From Naegleria gruberi (Eukaryota), in the NCBI GenBank assembly GCA_000004985.1, contig GG738878.1: DNA of 64,000 nucleotides. The stretch is one strand, 5' to 3'. Each line of letters starts with the position of its first letter. Within the stretch, counting starts at the first letter, position 1. Both the position numbers and the translations under genes were made by a program. Of this stretch, positions 1-9,667 are shown piece by piece. A model generated the notes under the pieces. The model saw only the letters and a program-made list of their open reading frames with translations, did no database searches and was not told the origin of the DNA.

Positions 1-307
1 TCTTGCCCTTAATTACGGAAGAAAATTATTGGAAATTTCAAAAGACACTAACTTTAAACATTGTTGTATTGGTACAAGCTCAAGTGCCATCGCTCAAGCA
101 GCCACAATGTTCCTAGACTTTGAAGGATATCCAGAATTTTATGAGTGTATGTCCATTATGGATGAGTTATCAGTGAGGTATGAACTTGCTGGACTCATGA
201 AAAAGGATGTTGAGGAAAGATTTGTACTCATGTCGAATCATCTTTCCTCAGGAGGTAGCAGCAGTGGAAGCTCTCATACCAATAGCCCAAACATGCAATT
301 CTTGTAA
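1..307 (+). CDS. C-terminal fragment of a gene whose 5' part lies upstream of the window (frame open from nt 2; ...LALNYGRKLLEISKDTNFKHCCIG...SPNMQFL*)
   Basis: Frame open from the window edge to TAA at 305-307. The ORF track's start at 29 is a TTG, not an ATG. Serine-rich tail; no recognisable domain. Confidence 0.35.
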   Translation, partial: LALNYGRKLLEISKDTNFKHCCIGTSSSAIAQAATMFLDFEGYPEFYECMSIMDELSVRYELAGLMKKDVEERFVLMSNHLSSGGSSSGSSHTNSPNMQFL

Positions 308-686
308 ATATTAAACAATAGGAGTCCAATCTAGATTTGTAGTGTGAATCAAAGTATTGTAAATTGAATAGTGCTTATTCCAAACAATCCAAATTCGAAT
401 TTAGTGGTTGACTAGTCTGCAATGTTGTTCAACATGATCAACTAATGGGCGTTAATAAAAGAGGGAATATTCATCAACAAATTAAACCAGATATCAATAA
501 TCAAAGTTCTAACTCACCAAAAACAAAAATTATTCAACACATTCCTGTCAAGTATTTTGAAGATTCCTTTTTAGAACCACTTACCATAAAGATATGGGTT
601 TCTTGCCAATTTAACATAGTGACAATACAACACGAATACACAATCAAAAAAAATCAAACAACAACCAAAACCTCACAACCACAAAC

Positions 687-1088
687 ATGTTTATTTCAAC
701 ATCAACTGAAAACGACTTTGTCCCTCAAACTGAAAGAAGAAAATCCCTCAGAAAATCATTGAGACTCTCAGTCAACCTTTCGAATAGTGGCTCTGCTTTC
801 GAAGATAAACTTTTAATATTCATCAGAGGAAAACAACAACGAAATATTTCACTAGGCGTCTACCCAAAGCAAGGTCTCTTACTTCAAGTATTGAGAGAGG
901 AATTTTCTGATAATAGACTTTCGTATTTTTATGATCCAGTGGAAAGGAAAGAATTGGACTATAACGGACTATGGGAAACTACAACTAAAACTATTCTAGT
1001 ACTAGAGGATGGTGATGATGTAAATGCTCATGTCTATGCTTTCCAAAAAGGTGATTCAACATTTGGCATTCATCACACAAATCAATAA
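687..1088 (+). CDS. hypothetical small protein (133 aa)
   Basis: ATG-initiated ORF with protein-like composition. Overlaps a weaker alternative ORF at 445-762. No recognised domain. Confidence 0.35.
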   Translation: MFISTSTENDFVPQTERRKSLRKSLRLSVNLSNSGSAFEDKLLIFIRGKQQRNISLGVYPKQGLLLQVLREEFSDNRLSYFYDPVERKELDYNGLWETTTKTILVLEDGDDVNAHVYAFQKGDSTFGIHHTNQ

Positions 1089-1575
1089 GAACAACAATTC
1101 TTACACTTTATTCGAAACTAATCATATATAAACAAAATACATTCCTTGCACAAAACATTCACAATACATATTACTATCGTTTACTTGCATGTTCATCACC
1201 CTTTCGAATAGATAACAACAACTATTTCTAATAACCCAGGAATGGAACATTCAACTCGTTCCCTCTCTTTTCTCAAGAGTTGACTGAAAACTCAAAAAAA
1301 AAAGCCTTTTTCGTCTGATTTTCCGACATCCATCACAACAACACAGCGAATTTATTAATAATCATCATCAACACAATATTGAAATTCCATAGCCATTATC
1401 CATCATCATCATCATACAATTAAAACAATCATTAACATCATCAATTAAATTGTTTTTATTGTTGTTGTATTATATTGGAAAAATAGAAGAATTTTAAACT
1501 TCATCATCATCACCATCATTATCTTTATAAAATTCATTCTAAATTTTGAAAAGATTGAAGAATCAATTGGATCCA

Positions 1576-4500
1576 ATGGCAGCTCTTGGACTCATCTATT
1601 TTGTATGTACACTCTTTATTGGAGTGGCTGCTTTTGTTTGGAGAAAATTCTTTTCTTCGAATGCTAATAATACGACAACAACGACTACAACTTCTTCATC
1701 ATCGACATCGACATTGGGTGATGAGTTGGTTCAGAAAGATGTTTCTTCTAAAGTTTCACCTAGAGTATTGGAAACTGGAAGAAAGGAAGAGGAAATATTG
1801 GATGAAACATTGAAATCTGTATTGGAGGAATCTGGTATATTTATTGAAACTAATGATGTGAAGGAGGAACCAATTAGTGTGGAAGAATCATCAGACGAAA
1901 CCTTGTCGGAAGTAAAGACAGACGAAATTCAAGAAGAATTGGAAGAAGTTTCTACACCACAACAAGAAGAAGAATATCAAGAAACATTTACTGAAGAAAA
2001 ACAAATTTCCATACCAGAAGAGTTATCGGAAACTTGTCAAGAGGAAATTCTGTCCCAAACCAAAGATATTACCGACATGAAAGAGGAAGAACATTTGACT
2101 GATATCACAGAAAGTCAGCAAAAGGACATCACAGAAGAAGAAATAGTGGAAGATTCTACTACAGCAGTGGAGGACAATGCTAAGGAGAGCATTGTTGTTC
2201 CAACAATTGTTACAGAAGTAAAAGAGGAGAAATCAGAACCTAGTGAATTGTACATAACTTGCCTGATTGTATTGCAGGCAATTATTCGAGGATACTTACA
2301 AAGACATTCAATGGGACAAGTGAAAGAAACTCTCTCAATGATAACACAAGGACTGTTAAACTCTTTCAATATCAGAAGTGAACTTGAAGAAGAAAAGAAC
2401 AGTTTGACAACAATGCAATCAATTGTGAGAAATTCCAACTCTGTTAGGAAATTTATGGATGAAAAACAAAAAGTACAACTCATTCAAGCTTTTATTCAAT
2501 CCAAGTTGGAATTTGTGAAATCTTCGGAACAAAAAGACAAGGTAATAGAATTGCAATCCATACTCAAATCAAAGCTCTTAATGAAGAATCTAAAGAGTTT
2601 ATTAGAAAGTGTATCTACATTACAGAGCTTTTTGCATTCTAAAATAGTAGAGGAGAATTATGTGAGTACTGTATCAACAATCCAATCTCTGCAAGCAAGA
2701 GTTCGATCAAACTATGAATCCAAACAAGTGGAAGAAGGTTTAAAGAGCTTGGAGATTTTGCAATCCAGATGCTTGAAATCTATAGTAGAAAAGGATTTAA
2801 GGAATCAATTAGAAAAAATCACCATCCTACAATCAAAGGCACGCACATTTATTATTGGTAAAAAGTTAAGAAATGAAATTGAGAATTGTAAATTAATTCA
2901 AAGTGCTTGCACAGCATACTTGAAGCAAAAACAAATTCTCCATTTAGAAAACTTATCATCAATGATTCATTCATTTGCTGCTAGTAAGCAAGATAGACTC
3001 AACTATAGAAATAATGTGGATAATGTCAAAACTTTGGAATCCGTTATGAGAGGATACTCCCAAAGAAACAGTATGACAAATGTATTGCACGCCATTACAG
3101 ACCTGCAATCTCATTTAATTGGACAAAATTCAAGAAAGTCGTTGCATAAGAGTATTGACAGAGCCAACACACTATTGGCTCTTTCTAAGGCAAAATGCTA
3201 CAAGAAATCATTAATGGTTGACAAGTCACGACTCGTAATATTACAAGCACTTGCTAGATCGAGCATTACCAATAGAAAACTGAATGCCAAACAAGCAAGC
3301 GAAGAGGACTTGGCATTATTAGTCCAATCTCTACATAATGGTTCAAAGTTGAGATCAGAACATTCCGAGAAAGTGAGGAGTGTAAACCTCATTAATAGTT
3401 TACTCTCAGCAACTAAATCAAGAAATACTTTCAACAAAGAAAAGCTCTCAATTCAAACCATTCAAGCAGCTCTCAACAGCCACAAAGTCCAACATTTACA
3501 CTCGAACGACATGTCCAACATTGGCCTTATTCAATCTGTGATAATTGCAAAAAAGGCAAATGATGTCAAAACTACAGCAACCAACAATATAATTCTCCTA
3601 CAATCATTAATAAGAGGAAGGCAAATTCAAAAAGAAAAGTCTCACAACCTTGATCATGCACATGTTTTGACAGCTTTCAGCAAAGGAAGATTGATGTTAC
3701 ACCTTTTCGAGTCACAAGTAGCTACCACCACCAAAATCCAAAGTTTTACTAGACAATACACATCCCGAAAACAAATGATGAAAGAGATTGATAATGTTTG
3801 TCTCTTGGAATCTTTGTGCACTGGGTTTGTGGAAAGAAGAAATCTTTCAACAGAAATTTCTAATATTTTGCAATGTCAAAGTTTGATTAGAGGATTTATG
3901 ACAAGAAAAGTCAGAGTTTCGGATGATCAAATTGATCAATTAGAGAAGAAAACACATTTCGTCTCCATGATACAATCATCTATGGATGGTAGAAATATTC
4001 GAAAGATTAGAGAACAAGCAGCTGCTCATGTGAAACTTTTCCAAGCTGTTTCTAGGGCCTTTTTAACACTAGACAGCTATCAACAACAACAAATCATCTC
4101 CTTGCACTTGCAATCTATTTGTAGGAGTGTTATGGAAAGGAAAGCACTTTCAACTGACTTGAATAATCTTCTTGGGTTGCAAGCTCTGTGCAGGAGTAGA
4201 TTAATTACTAACAGGTCCAAAGTTGACAAAAATAGAGTTCAAATAGTGCAATCAAATATTAGAAGATATTTGGCACACAAACACTTGGATCAAGAAAAAT
4301 TGAGAGTAGCCAATTTACAAAGTTTGATTCGTGGATTTGCTAACAAACAATTTGTCAAGGATCAAATTGCTAGAGTGACAGTTATGCAATCCATGACTAG
4401 GGCATACTCTTACAGAAAACAAATGAAAAATTCACAATCTAGAATCAATATATTACAAGCTAAGATAAGAGGATATTTAGAAAAAACAAGAATTGAAGGA

Positions 4501-7500
4501 CAAAACTCTCTTTCTAACAATCTAGGATCTGTCATGAAAGGATTTGCCCAAAGAGTCAAGCTATTCAAGGCAATAACCAGCACTATACCAACTATTCAAT
4601 CCTCTGTAAGACAATTTGCATTGCGTAAAGGAATTAGTGAATCATTGGGTGCTATCATAAATATTCAATCACTGTGCAGAAAACACTTGCAAAGTGAAAG
4701 CAAGCCCCTCTCTTTGAATAGAATATTATCCCTTCAAGCACTAATTAGAACATACTCTAAGGGAAAACACACAAATCAACAGTTGGGCAAGATTCCATAT
4801 ATTCAAGCTCTTTTCAGAGGAAAGCAGGCAAGAAAAACCATTGTCAAATCCTCAGATGTTTCACCTATTCAAGCAGTTGCTAGATCACTCAAACAGAGAC
4901 GTGTTATGGAACAATCCGAACAAGGTATTACCAAAATTAGTGCAGCTCTTCTTGGTTATTCCAAGAGAAGAGAACTATTCCAAAGTATGAAGAACATAAC
5001 TCACTGTCAAACTATTCTTAAAACAGTGCTTTCATCCAATGATTTGAGAAGCCAAACGAAACAGTCTCTTGATTTGATATCTAATTTGCAACAAAAGCTT
5101 AAAACTAGATTGGAATTGGAACGTTTTGAAAAGAAAAAGAAAAGTAGCCTACTTTTACAATCTTTGGCTAGAGGCTGCACTATACGAAAGTTTATTAGAA
5201 ACTCTGTCAAACCTTCAGTTGAACTTATTGATTCACTCTGTATTGGTCACATAGAAAGAGAAAACCACAGAGACAAAGTTGAAAAAGCAACATTATTACA
5301 AAGCATCAGCAGAAGAGCCCAAGCATGCAACCAAATTTCTGAACAAAGACAAAAGTTATTACTTCTTCAAGCAGCTTTCAAATCATGGAAAACTCGAGAT
5401 ACTTTCAAGAAGGAACTAGAGGATAAAATTATTCACGAGCTTGAAGATAAAATTAAGAGAGTTGTTGTCATTCAAGGCTTTGTAAGAGGTTACCTCTTCA
5501 GAAGAGATAACTTACTCTACACAAAGAGGAGACAGGAATCCCCAACTCAACAAATTAGTGAACTACCTTCCACTGCTGAAATTTTACGTCAACTCTATCA
5601 AAATGATGAGTTTGGAGACAATGAAGATAGTGAGGAAGAAGTACAACTGGAATATCCAGAAGAAGCTGATGACATTCCAGAGCCAGTTATAATTGAGGAG
5701 CCACATGTTGAAGTAACTGTTAATAGTTTCCTGGATACTCCATCTTCTCCTGAGGAGCTACCAAGTATTATTCCAATTCCTCTTCACAGAAGGACTTCCA
5801 ATGCACCACTTCCTGCTATCAATATTACAGCATCCACCCCAACACCAACAACAACCGTAACTCCTTCTGTATTCTCTAAAGAACCAGTTGGTATTACCTC
5901 CTCAACTAAAAATACTCGTCTTCCAAGTCAAAAACCTCCAACCAGAAGACAACTCATTCAAAATATTATTGAGGAATGTAAAAGAACAAAGAATCCAGTC
6001 TTGAATCTGTCTGGTTATGATTTGGAAACTTTACCATACTCTGCCATTGATTGCAAACATGTCACAGAACTCATTTTGTCTCAAAATAATCTTGTCACTT
6101 TACCTTCATGGTTTGTTGATACATTTAGTGATTTGAAAGTGTTAGACTTGAGTGGAAATCAACTTTATGAGCTTCCAATTGATTTGGCAAGGCTTTCATT
6201 GACAAGTATTAATTTGAGTAATAACAAGTTGGAATTTTTACCTCAAGCATTGAACGAAATGAACACATTGACCAAGATTGATATTAGCGAAAACGTGCTT
6301 CTCAGTTTACCAAGTACTATTAGTCATTTGGTTAATGTTGAAGAGTTGGATATTTCCAACAATTACCTAATGACATTGCCTGATGATATCAAAAAATTGA
6401 AAAAGCTCAAGAACTTCCAATATTATAATAATGAATATCTTCAATCTGAAATTTCTAAAATTGCAGAGGTCATTAGCGCAGTATCTGGAGAAAAAGCAAA
6501 GACCATTATTCAAAAATTGAGAAATGAAGACAGCATGGGATATAAGGAAATTGGCTTATCCAACAAACATAAGGAAAACAACTTATTCTTGGATCCTTAT
6601 GATCTGACAGATATGTCAGAGGCAACTGAAATGTATAATGGTGAAGATGGTGAATCAGATTATAGTATGACAGATGATGTTGTACTGTCTCCAAGATTAA
6701 TGAGAAATAATTCCTCTGCCACTATGGTAGAAACAGACACCACTTCAACTCCAATGACACCAATATCTGGAAGAAATAATGACTATCTGGATACACCTCC
6801 TACTCATACACTTTCTGTAACAACAGAAGAATATGGAACACCATGTATCACCCCACCAGCAATTTCAGATTCAGATTCTGAATCTGATGTCACCCCACCA
6901 AAATACAATCCACCTGTCACTATTCCTCAAATCAAATTAGAAGTTATTGAAAATTTGGATTCACCTTCATCATCTCCTGCTGAACATTCTCCAATTTCTA
7001 TGCATCCTCCAAAAGTAATCATGACTGAAGAGGATAAGAAGGTCAACTTTGGACAACTCAACAAGGAAGGAAATGAAAAATCCTTGACAGATGTTGTTCA
7101 CATGGAGCATCCACTATTTGCTACTCCAAAGATTAGACCAGTTAGTGCCTCCTACAAGAAGGTAGCACTTGAAGAGTCTGAAGAAGAAAGAAAAGAAAGA
7201 GAAGCAAAAGAAAACAAAAAATCAAAGGAAAGAATTAACATGGTTCTTGAAATTCTTGAAAGTGAAAGAAAATATGTCAAATATCTGGATGTTTTGTGGG
7301 ATTTATTCTATGAACCAATTGTAAATAACTACTTCCCAGCTGATAAAAATAAGAATCCAGAAGAAAGTGAACGATTGGTACCTAAAATGATTGCCAAGAA
7401 TTTCTTCCCTAATGACTTGCTTACCATCAAGACTTTCAACAAGAACTTCCTTGTCAAACTTGAAGACAGATTTAAGATTTACAAAGGTGATCCAACAAAG

Positions 7501-8604
7501 ATTTATGACATGTTGATTGGAGACTTGTTTGAAAAGATTGCTCCATTCTTTAAAATTTACACTTCCTATCTGAGTTCATACGAATCTACAATGAATAAGA
7601 TTAGAGAATACAGAGCTGAAGACAAGATTTTTGACAAGTGGCTTGACAAGAGGAAAACCCATCCAAGATGTGCAGGTTTGGAAATTGGTAGCTTTTTAAT
7701 TATGCCAGTCCAAAGAATTCCAAGATACAAGTTGCTATTGGAAAATTTGTGCAAGAATACACCCCCAGATCATGCCGATTACTCCAACTTGATATCAGCC
7801 ATTGAGAAAATTACAGAATCTGCCACTACTCAAAATGCTAAAATTAAGGAAACCAACAATCGTATCAAAGTTTATCAATTATCCAGACTAATGAAATTGA
7901 GTGATTTAGTCCAACCACACAGAAGATTGATCAGAGAGGGTGAAATTGTTTTTGGAGATCAACCAAAGATTGAATATAAGGCCTATCTCTTCAATGACAT
8001 TTTCGTATTCAGAGAAAAGAAGAGACAAAAGACCAAAGTTGCCAAATCAGTGAAAGCTTACTCACTTCTCGATGCATTCATTAGTGGAGGTGGTCAGAAT
8101 AGACTCTCCATGATTCTACTCAACGCAGAAAAGAACAAGACAGTAGAAAAGGAAATCCTATTCCCTTCACATGAGGTTAAAATGGAGTGGGTATTGGAAA
8201 TTGAGAAGGCACTCGAAGAGGTCAGAGAAAAACGTGAACTCATCTCGAAAGGAACAAAGGCCATCGTGAGAACTAGTAGTAGAGCTGGTAGATTTTTCAG
8301 AGCTCTCAAATCACCAGGTAGAAAGGGTGATCTCTCTCCAACCTCTTCAAATCTTTCCTCCACCACTATTGGTCAACCTTCAACTCCATCAACATCTGCT
8401 CCTGAGCTAAGAGGCGTTACCAGAACCAATTCCACTGTTTCAGATCAATCCACAACAAGTGTTGTCTCCAATTTGTCGGTCATTTCATCAACCTCTAATG
8501 TTGCCTCTTCCTCAACTTCCTCTCTCAGCAGTAGTAGTGATGGAAAGAAAAAGTCAATCCTCGGTAAAATCATGATGGGATTTGCCACCAACAAGAAAAA
8601 GTAA
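1576..8604 (+). CDS. Membrane-anchored IQ-motif / leucine-rich-repeat / RhoGEF (DH-PH) protein, about 2340 aa, single exon
   Basis: First ATG at 1576 (the ORF-track start at 1546 is TTG). N-terminal hydrophobic segment MAALGLIYFVCTLFIGVAAFVW. An acidic S/E-rich region follows. About 35 tandem IQ-like motifs (LQSxIRGxxxRK...) span roughly 2250-5500. LRR repeats (LxxLPxxxxxLxxLxxLDLSxNxL) lie around 5990-6420. A DH domain carries the QRIPRYKLLLENL motif (around 7230-7880) and is followed by a PH-like region and an S/T-rich tail. Confidence 0.75.
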   Translation: MAALGLIYFVCTLFIGVAAFVWRKFFSSNANNTTTTTTTSSSSTSTLGDELVQKDVSSKVSPRVLETGRKEEEILDETLKSVLEESGIFIETNDVKEEPISVEESSDETLSEVKTDEIQEELEEVSTPQQEEEYQETFTEEKQISIPEELSETCQEEILSQTKDITDMKEEEHLTDITESQQKDITEEEIVEDSTTAVEDNAKESIVVPTIVTEVKEEKSEPSELYITCLIVLQAIIRGYLQRHSMGQVKETLSMITQGLLNSFNIRSELEEEKNSLTTMQSIVRNSNSVRKFMDEKQKVQLIQAFIQSKLEFVKSSEQKDKVIELQSILKSKLLMKNLKSLLESVSTLQSFLHSKIVEENYVSTVSTIQSLQARVRSNYESKQVEEGLKSLEILQSRCLKSIVEKDLRNQLEKITILQSKARTFIIGKKLRNEIENCKLIQSACTAYLKQKQILHLENLSSMIHSFAASKQDRLNYRNNVDNVKTLESVMRGYSQRNSMTNVLHAITDLQSHLIGQNSRKSLHKSIDRANTLLALSKAKCYKKSLMVDKSRLVILQALARSSITNRKLNAKQASEEDLALLVQSLHNGSKLRSEHSEKVRSVNLINSLLSATKSRNTFNKEKLSIQTIQAALNSHKVQHLHSNDMSNIGLIQSVIIAKKANDVKTTATNNIILLQSLIRGRQIQKEKSHNLDHAHVLTAFSKGRLMLHLFESQVATTTKIQSFTRQYTSRKQMMKEIDNVCLLESLCTGFVERRNLSTEISNILQCQSLIRGFMTRKVRVSDDQIDQLEKKTHFVSMIQSSMDGRNIRKIREQAAAHVKLFQAVSRAFLTLDSYQQQQIISLHLQSICRSVMERKALSTDLNNLLGLQALCRSRLITNRSKVDKNRVQIVQSNIRRYLAHKHLDQEKLRVANLQSLIRGFANKQFVKDQIARVTVMQSMTRAYSYRKQMKNSQSRINILQAKIRGYLEKTRIEGQNSLSNNLGSVMKGFAQRVKLFKAITSTIPTIQSSVRQFALRKGISESLGAIINIQSLCRKHLQSESKPLSLNRILSLQALIRTYSKGKHTNQQLGKIPYIQALFRGKQARKTIVKSSDVSPIQAVARSLKQRRVMEQSEQGITKISAALLGYSKRRELFQSMKNITHCQTILKTVLSSNDLRSQTKQSLDLISNLQQKLKTRLELERFEKKKKSSLLLQSLARGCTIRKFIRNSVKPSVELIDSLCIGHIERENHRDKVEKATLLQSISRRAQACNQISEQRQKLLLLQAAFKSWKTRDTFKKELEDKIIHELEDKIKRVVVIQGFVRGYLFRRDNLLYTKRRQESPTQQISELPSTAEILRQLYQNDEFGDNEDSEEEVQLEYPEEADDIPEPVIIEEPHVEVTVNSFLDTPSSPEELPSIIPIPLHRRTSNAPLPAINITASTPTPTTTVTPSVFSKEPVGITSSTKNTRLPSQKPPTRRQLIQNIIEECKRTKNPVLNLSGYDLETLPYSAIDCKHVTELILSQNNLVTLPSWFVDTFSDLKVLDLSGNQLYELPIDLARLSLTSINLSNNKLEFLPQALNEMNTLTKIDISENVLLSLPSTISHLVNVEELDISNNYLMTLPDDIKKLKKLKNFQYYNNEYLQSEISKIAEVISAVSGEKAKTIIQKLRNEDSMGYKEIGLSNKHKENNLFLDPYDLTDMSEATEMYNGEDGESDYSMTDDVVLSPRLMRNNSSATMVETDTTSTPMTPISGRNNDYLDTPPTHTLSVTTEEYGTPCITPPAISDSDSESDVTPPKYNPPVTIPQIKLEVIENLDSPSSSPAEHSPISMHPPKVIMTEEDKKVNFGQLNKEGNEKSLTDVVHMEHPLFATPKIRPVSASYKKVALEESEEERKEREAKENKKSKERINMVLEILESERKYVKYLDVLWDLFYEPIVNNYFPADKNKNPEESERLVPKMIAKNFFPNDLLTIKTFNKNFLVKLEDRFKIYKGDPTKIYDMLIGDLFEKIAPFFKIYTSYLSSYESTMNKIREYRAEDKIFDKWLDKRKTHPRCAGLEIGSFLIMPVQRIPRYKLLLENLCKNTPPDHADYSNLISAIEKITESATTQNAKIKETNNRIKVYQLSRLMKLSDLVQPHRRLIREGEIVFGDQPKIEYKAYLFNDIFVFREKKRQKTKVAKSVKAYSLLDAFISGGGQNRLSMILLNAEKNKTVEKEILFPSHEVKMEWVLEIEKALEEVREKRELISKGTKAIVRTSSRAGRFFRALKSPGRKGDLSPTSSNLSSTTIGQPSTPSTSAPELRGVTRTNSTVSDQSTTSVVSNLSVISSTSNVASSSTSSLSSSSDGKKKSILGKIMMGFATNKKK

Positions 8605-8779
8605 CAAGATCACAACATTCCCAAAAATGTAAGGGTTTTGAAGGTTTTGCTTCTAATTGACAATTCCAAATCAAAACAGAGAAAAGGAATTGCACCTTAT
8701 GACGACTGTAAAGTCAAAGTCCATGGTCGTCCACGGAGTTGAAAAATTCAATGTTGTGAAGAAGAAAAAAAAACAAAAT

Positions 8780-9631
8780 ATGAACATTTACATTGTCTCA
8801 CTACTTGTTGCCATGATATTGGGAGCTGGGTGTTTGGTGGAAGGAAATAAACCATTTTTATTGGGTTTCTATGAGGAGAATTATGAGAGATTCGTTGGCA
8901 AGTTTGACGTGTTGGATTTTGATAAACTAAGAATTTCACAAATGAAGGTACCTTCATTCTTGGATTTCAAGTGGTCAATTGGTGTTACTAACACAACGGC
9001 AGCTCCATTGTGGCATTTGATTGATGTTGGCGAAGTTGATTATGGACAAACTGTTGTTTTCAACAGCAAGTTGAATATTGTTGAAAAGCAAAAAAGCCAC
9101 TTTCCACCACATGACACAATTATTGATACTGCATTCGAGGTTCCTTCTTTTGAAGGAGTAGGATACATGCTTATTAGAAATGCCTCATCTAATAGCATGA
9201 GAGTAGACAGAGTCAATTTGAAGTTGAAAACACATACAGTGGCGAATGTAATTCCAACACTAAATGCAACTCATATATCAATTATTTATATGAATAGAGA
9301 ACGTTATCTTATCACCTCAAATCTCAAACAATTGTCCTTTTATCACATTGAAAAGCAATTCCAAAAGATTGCTGACATTGTCACTGATTATCCAGTGCAA
9401 GGAAAGTTTTTCTATAATGCTAATGATGATGCAATCTATGGTGGTTTGTTTAGAAATGAGTTGTTTTGGGTTGTTAGGTTTACCCTGGACTTGGTTAAGA
9501 AAACTTCAAACTTTGATCCTTACTATGTTTGGAAAACTCAATCCAACAATGTTAATTTATTGGGAATTGTAGAGGAAGTTGATCACATTTATTATACTCC
9601 ATTAATGTTGAAATGTTTACAAGTACACTAA
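8780..9631 (+). CDS. hypothetical secreted protein (signal peptide MNIYIVSLLVAMILGAGCLVEG; N-glycosylation sequons)
   Basis: In-frame ATG at about 8780 directly precedes a hydrophobic signal-like segment; the ORF-track start at 8657 lies upstream. No known domain recognised. Confidence 0.45.
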   Translation: MNIYIVSLLVAMILGAGCLVEGNKPFLLGFYEENYERFVGKFDVLDFDKLRISQMKVPSFLDFKWSIGVTNTTAAPLWHLIDVGEVDYGQTVVFNSKLNIVEKQKSHFPPHDTIIDTAFEVPSFEGVGYMLIRNASSNSMRVDRVNLKLKTHTVANVIPTLNATHISIIYMNRERYLITSNLKQLSFYHIEKQFQKIADIVTDYPVQGKFFYNANDDAIYGGLFRNELFWVVRFTLDLVKKTSNFDPYYVWKTQSNNVNLLGIVEEVDHIYYTPLMLKCLQVH

Positions 9632-9667
9632 TTTCAAATCCACAACAATAAACATTTGAAAACTATT

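Noticed and set aside
1586-1813. ORFs overlapping large genes in other frames or on the antisense strand (for example 1586-1813, 2115-2483, 3198-3437, 9680-10154, 42471-42923, 43063-43631, 43734-44090, 47270-47995)
   Set aside because: They lie inside much longer, domain-bearing ORFs. Low-complexity, AT-rich sequence generates shadow ORFs. None has domain content.
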